DNA of 64,000 nucleotides from Candidatus Latescibacterota bacterium (GTDB lineage: Bacteria > Latescibacterota > UBA2968 > GCA-2709665), in the NCBI GenBank assembly GCA_965203805.1, contig OZ241917.1:4128001-4192000 (forward strand), read 5' to 3'. The notes beneath the pieces were generated by a model. The model was not told where the DNA came from, did no database searches, and saw only the letters and a list, made by a program, of their open reading frames with translations. Positions 60,378-64,000 of this stretch are shown in pieces. Both the position numbers and the translations under genes were made by a program. Within the stretch, counting starts at the first letter, position 1. Every line of letters starts with the position of its first letter.

Positions 60378-60910
60378 TAAAACACGTCTGGGATCTGAGA
60401 TACAATAAATCTAACACCATTAATAGAGACATCTAAGAACACACTTCTTTCTAAATTGTGTGAACCCCCTTGGGTGATTTCCCCAGGGGGCTGTTTAATT
60501 CATCTTTGTTCTTTGATCTATATTCTTCTATCTTCTTCTCGCTACCAATCAACTATTCATCTCTAAGCGGAGAGGCGGTTATGTCGTCTTGTCAGGAAGA
60601 AAAGAAGAAAGTAGGTTATTTTGAAGATAATGACGGGTACAAGAAGGGGAATGGTGTAGTGCATGTGGACCCGTGGGGTAGGGAAAGCCGTAGCCCAGGG
60701 ACCCGGACTAGACGAGGACGGAGCGTAGCGGAGTCCGAGGATAGTTCGGGGAGGGCGAGGCTGGGAGAGTGGGGGAGGGTTCTCTACCGTTATCGTAACG
60801 ACAAGAAGGACCATAGGGCACATATATCATCTCCCGTCTTACGTCTAACGTCTACCCGATTCAGGCTCACCAATCCAAGCTGAAAGCTCTATCGTACGAC
60901 TGAAGATACA

Positions 60911-62404
60911 TCAGTTTTCAATTCTGTCGAATAACGCCTCGACTTCCGCCTCCTTCTCCTCACTGCGTTTGCTGATGTATCCCCCGCCGAAGTAGATGAC
61001 CAGCGCGACCAGGATCTCCACGCCTGTGTAAATCTCGAACCTGTCGGTGTATTGAATCATGATAAAATAGGTGATCACACCGCCGATAAAAGACAGGACC
61101 GCGCCCCGCGCCGTGGGTCGTTTCCAGATCATCCCGAACATCAGCGGGATCGCGATGGGTGACAGGAGGCCGCCGAACAGCTTCACGGTGAGGGAAAATA
61201 CCTTGTTCATGCCCTGACTCTGGGAGATCACGACCGCGGTCACCAGGACCGCGATGCCGAAAATCGCCGTGATGGTCATCCCCGCCCTGAACAGCGCCCT
61301 GTCGTCGATCTCGCGCCTGAAATTGCGCTGGTAGAAGTCTTTGGTGAACACCGCGGCGAGCGCGTTGATATCGCTGTCGATCATGGACATGGTCGCGGCA
61401 AACATGGAGCATACGAGCAGACCGATCAGCCCGGGCGCCAGGGCCGACAGAATTTTCTGCGTGACGAGGATATAGGTCTGGTCCAGATCGAAACCGGCGA
61501 CCGGCTGCAGGGTCACCGGATCGAAATACTCGGGCATCAGCAGCGGCGCGGCCCAGGCGGGGACGAAGATGACGATGGGATAGAACAGATAGAGAATCGC
61601 CGACAGGAGCGCCGCCCTCTGGGCATCCCTCGGTTTCTCCACCGACACGAATCGCTGCGCCAGGCCCCAGGTGCCCCCATTGTAGCTGAAGATGATCACA
61701 ACCACGTAGACCAGCCAGAAGCTCACGCCGATCCCGCCCGCTTCATTGAAGAATCCGGCGCGTTCCCGCGGCAGGCTGTCCCACATCGCGTTCCAGCCGC
61801 CCACCATATCCAGCGCGATGAACAGTACAGCCAGACTCATGACGAGCTGTACCACGAATTGGACCAGGTCCGTAAGTACGGTCGCCCACAGCCCGCCGAT
61901 AAACACGTAGGCGATGGTAATCAGACCGGAAACGACGATCACGGGCAGCACCGCCCAGCCGGTCACCACGTGGACCACGATCGAGATCGCGAACAACTTG
62001 ATGCCGAGGTCGATGAACTTGATGAGGATCCCGGAAACCGCGATCAGACCCCTCACGGAATTGCCGTAGCGCGCTTCCAGGTACTCCACCGGCGTCAGCA
62101 CTTTCAGCCGCGACCATCTCGGCGCCCAGACAAGGCATCCGATCACCAGCGCCACGAACACGCCGAGAGAAAACAGGGTCCACATGCTGAACCCCGCGAC
62201 TGCCGCGCGGCCGGCGAAACCCACGAATGCCACCGCGCTGTATCCCGATACATGGTGTGAGATCGCCGCCATCCACCAGGGCAACCCGTGCCCCGCCGCG
62301 AAGTACTGTTCCACATTAGCGGACTTCCGCTTCGCCAGAATCCCTATCCATGCCATCAGTACCGCGTACACCGCAATGACGGCATAATCGACTTGTGTCA
62401 GCAT
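60911..62404 (-). CDS. Sodium:solute symporter family protein
   Basis: QYFAAGHGLPWW, TPVEYLEARYG, GGLWATVLTD, AQRFVS, FAATMS. Confidence 0.95.
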   Translation of the reverse strand: MLTQVDYAVIAVYAVLMAWIGILAKRKSANVEQYFAAGHGLPWWMAAISHHVSGYSAVAFVGFAGRAAVAGFSMWTLFSLGVFVALVIGCLVWAPRWSRLKVLTPVEYLEARYGNSVRGLIAVSGILIKFIDLGIKLFAISIVVHVVTGWAVLPVIVVSGLITIAYVFIGGLWATVLTDLVQFVVQLVMSLAVLFIALDMVGGWNAMWDSLPRERAGFFNEAGGIGVSFWLVYVVVIIFSYNGGTWGLAQRFVSVEKPRDAQRAALLSAILYLFYPIVIFVPAWAAPLLMPEYFDPVTLQPVAGFDLDQTYILVTQKILSALAPGLIGLLVCSMFAATMSMIDSDINALAAVFTKDFYQRNFRREIDDRALFRAGMTITAIFGIAVLVTAVVISQSQGMNKVFSLTVKLFGGLLSPIAIPLMFGMIWKRPTARGAVLSFIGGVITYFIMIQYTDRFEIYTGVEILVALVIYFGGGYISKRSEEKEAEVEALFDRIEN

Positions 62405-62489
62405 AGACCTTTCCTGTGAAGATGATTAGTCAGATTAACGATATGTGTGCGCCGTGACCTCGCCCCTCAGGGATACCCTCACCCCCCGG

Positions 62490-62552
62490 CCTGCCTGCGC
62501 CTGCCTGTCCCATTGGAACGGCAGACAGGCCGAGACCTGCTCGGCAGGCAGG
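62490..62552. mobile_element. Nested micro-insertion elements (inner 62500-62529)
   Basis: Inside the REP-like CCCTCACCCCCCGG^CCCCCTCTCCCAAGGGGAGAGGG; the inner element differs from 34931-34960 by one base. Confidence 0.8.
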
Positions 62553-62677
62553 CCCCCTCTCCCAAGGGGAGAGGGGGAGACGTAAGACGGGAGAAATTAA
62601 CACCGGTCCACCGGACAACGACGTGGCATTGCGAGATAAAACCACGGATGTCCGGTATTGTTGTAGGGGCGGTTCCT

Positions 62678-64000
62678 TCACCAGCCGATCGCATACGACG
62701 TGGAGCGCGGATCCGCGCCGCCGGCGCGTGTGCCTGTCTCAGGATCGACGGTAATTGCGCACACCCTGCTGACCCCTGTGCTCCACTCGTCCTCATCGTT
62801 GACGATGTGCCCGCGGCTTCGCAGATCCTCCCGCACGTGCGGCGCGATGCGGGCTTCGGCCGTGACCTCCCCGGGCAATGATCCATGCGGCCAGAACGAA
62901 TTCGGAAAGCTGTGACTGATGACGCGCGCGGCGTCGATCGCTTCCTGCGGTTCCATTCCAAACTCGATGATATTCAGGAACACCTGCAGCATTCCCTGCA
63001 CCTGCGCATCGCCGCCGGGACAACCGAAGGGCATAAACGGCTTTCCATCCTTAAGGACCGTCGCGGGGTTCGGCGTGAGGCGCGGACGTTTCCACGGCTG
63101 CAGACACGAGGGATGCGCCGGATCGAGCCAGGTCTGCGTGCCCCGTCCCGATAACGGAAAACCCAGCCTCGGCACGACCGGGGTCCAACCGACCACATCG
63201 GACGGGGTCGATGAGAAAGCGTTGCCCTGTTCGTCCACCACACAGAGGTAACTGGTGTCGCTTTCCCAATGAGACAGTCGCTCCGGTTGCGGGCGGTCCG
63301 GATCCAGGATTGGGAAGGGACCGTTTTTACCGCGCGGTTCCGGATGGAATCGCCACGGATCACCGGCGGGCGGCATGTCGGCTGCGGCGCACTGAAGGTC
63401 GATGGCGGCCCGTCTTCCAGCGGCATAGCGCTCGTCGAGCAATCCCGTCAGCGGCACCTGCACGAAATCGGGGTCGCCGAAGTACGCCTCCCGATCGGCA
63501 AACACCAGTTTCATTCCCTCGATGATGGCGTGGAGATAGTCCGCCGATTCGTGCCCCATCCTCTGCAGGTCGACCCCTTCGAGAATCTTCAGCGCCATGT
63601 TCAAGGTTGGCCCCTGGCACCACGGTCCGCATGTATATACATCGTAGCCTTTGTAGGCGATGTGACTCGGCGGTTCGACCCGAACCGAGAAGGTCGCGAG
63701 GTCTTCGTACGTCAACAGCCCCCCTTCCTGAACGTAAAATTCGGCGATTTCCCGAGCGATTTCACCCTTATAGATCAGATCGCGCGCTGCTTTGATTCCC
63801 GCTTCCCGATCGCCCCCTGCCCCTCTTTCGGCGTCGACCATCCGCCGGAAGGTGTTCGCCAGATCCTTCTGGAAGAATATCTCACCTTTCTGCGGTATAT
63901 GTCCATCGGGATTGAAGACGGCAGCCGTGGATGGCGCATCTCCCAGCGTCCCGCCGGCGAAGGCGTGAAACTGATCGTCGACCGGGTGACCGTTTTCGGC
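62678..64000 (-). CDS. Gamma-glutamyltransferase family protein (5' end outside the window)
   Basis: Frame is open to the edge (AENGHPV..QKDLANT); ADREAYFGDP, SDTSYLCVVD nucleophile Thr, PWKRPR, GCPGGD, GADPR. Confidence 0.95.
   Translation of the reverse strand, partial: AENGHPVDDQFHAFAGGTLGDAPSTAAVFNPDGHIPQKGEIFFQKDLANTFRRMVDAERGAGGDREAGIKAARDLIYKGEIAREIAEFYVQEGGLLTYEDLATFSVRVEPPSHIAYKGYDVYTCGPWCQGPTLNMALKILEGVDLQRMGHESADYLHAIIEGMKLVFADREAYFGDPDFVQVPLTGLLDERYAAGRRAAIDLQCAAADMPPAGDPWRFHPEPRGKNGPFPILDPDRPQPERLSHWESDTSYLCVVDEQGNAFSSTPSDVVGWTPVVPRLGFPLSGRGTQTWLDPAHPSCLQPWKRPRLTPNPATVLKDGKPFMPFGCPGGDAQVQGMLQVFLNIIEFGMEPQEAIDAARVISHSFPNSFWPHGSLPGEVTAEARIAPHVREDLRSRGHIVNDEDEWSTGVSRVCAITVDPETGTRAGGADPRSTSYAIGW

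Noticed and set aside
1-64000. tRNA/rRNA genes, reverse transcriptase (retron/DGR) or cas genes
   Set aside because: No cloverleaf, rRNA signature, YxDD-type RT or Cas motif recognised in the sequence or ORF track.

Overview
GC-rich bacterial chromosomal window. By inference from a Sup-like type I PKS, a WD40/cohesin/EF-hand secreted protein and a heparinase II/III, it most likely comes from a marine sponge-associated Latescibacterota/Gemmatimonadota-like organism. In order it holds: the 5' part of a type I PKS, a TonB-dependent receptor, an ADP-ribosylglycohydrolase, trpS plus a degenerate TrpRS paralogue, hemB, a heparinase, an SSS transporter, an RND pump followed by a GPP34-P450 fusion, a flavoprotein and a Rieske oxygenase, a patchy defence/accessory region (Rpn, Abi_C, HEPN, XRE+DUF4258), a TetM-like GTPase, an ABC transporter, catabolic genes, a disrupted IS1380 inside a low-GC island, a second SSS transporter and a partial GGT. 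Two signals stand out. (1) A tandem arrangement [Trp-Trp leader - terminator - trpS] - [second Trp-Trp leader - terminator - TrpRS-like protein lacking HIGH/KMSKS]. (2) At least 15 tiny (about 18-35 nt) palindromic insertion elements, CCTG(C/T)CTG...CAG(A/G)CAGG, that insert at purine^pyrimidine steps, nest inside each other up to three deep, sit in REP hairpins and hit an IS1380 transposase twice; empty and filled sites are both visible in the window. Product calls come from motif recognition only; no database searches were run.
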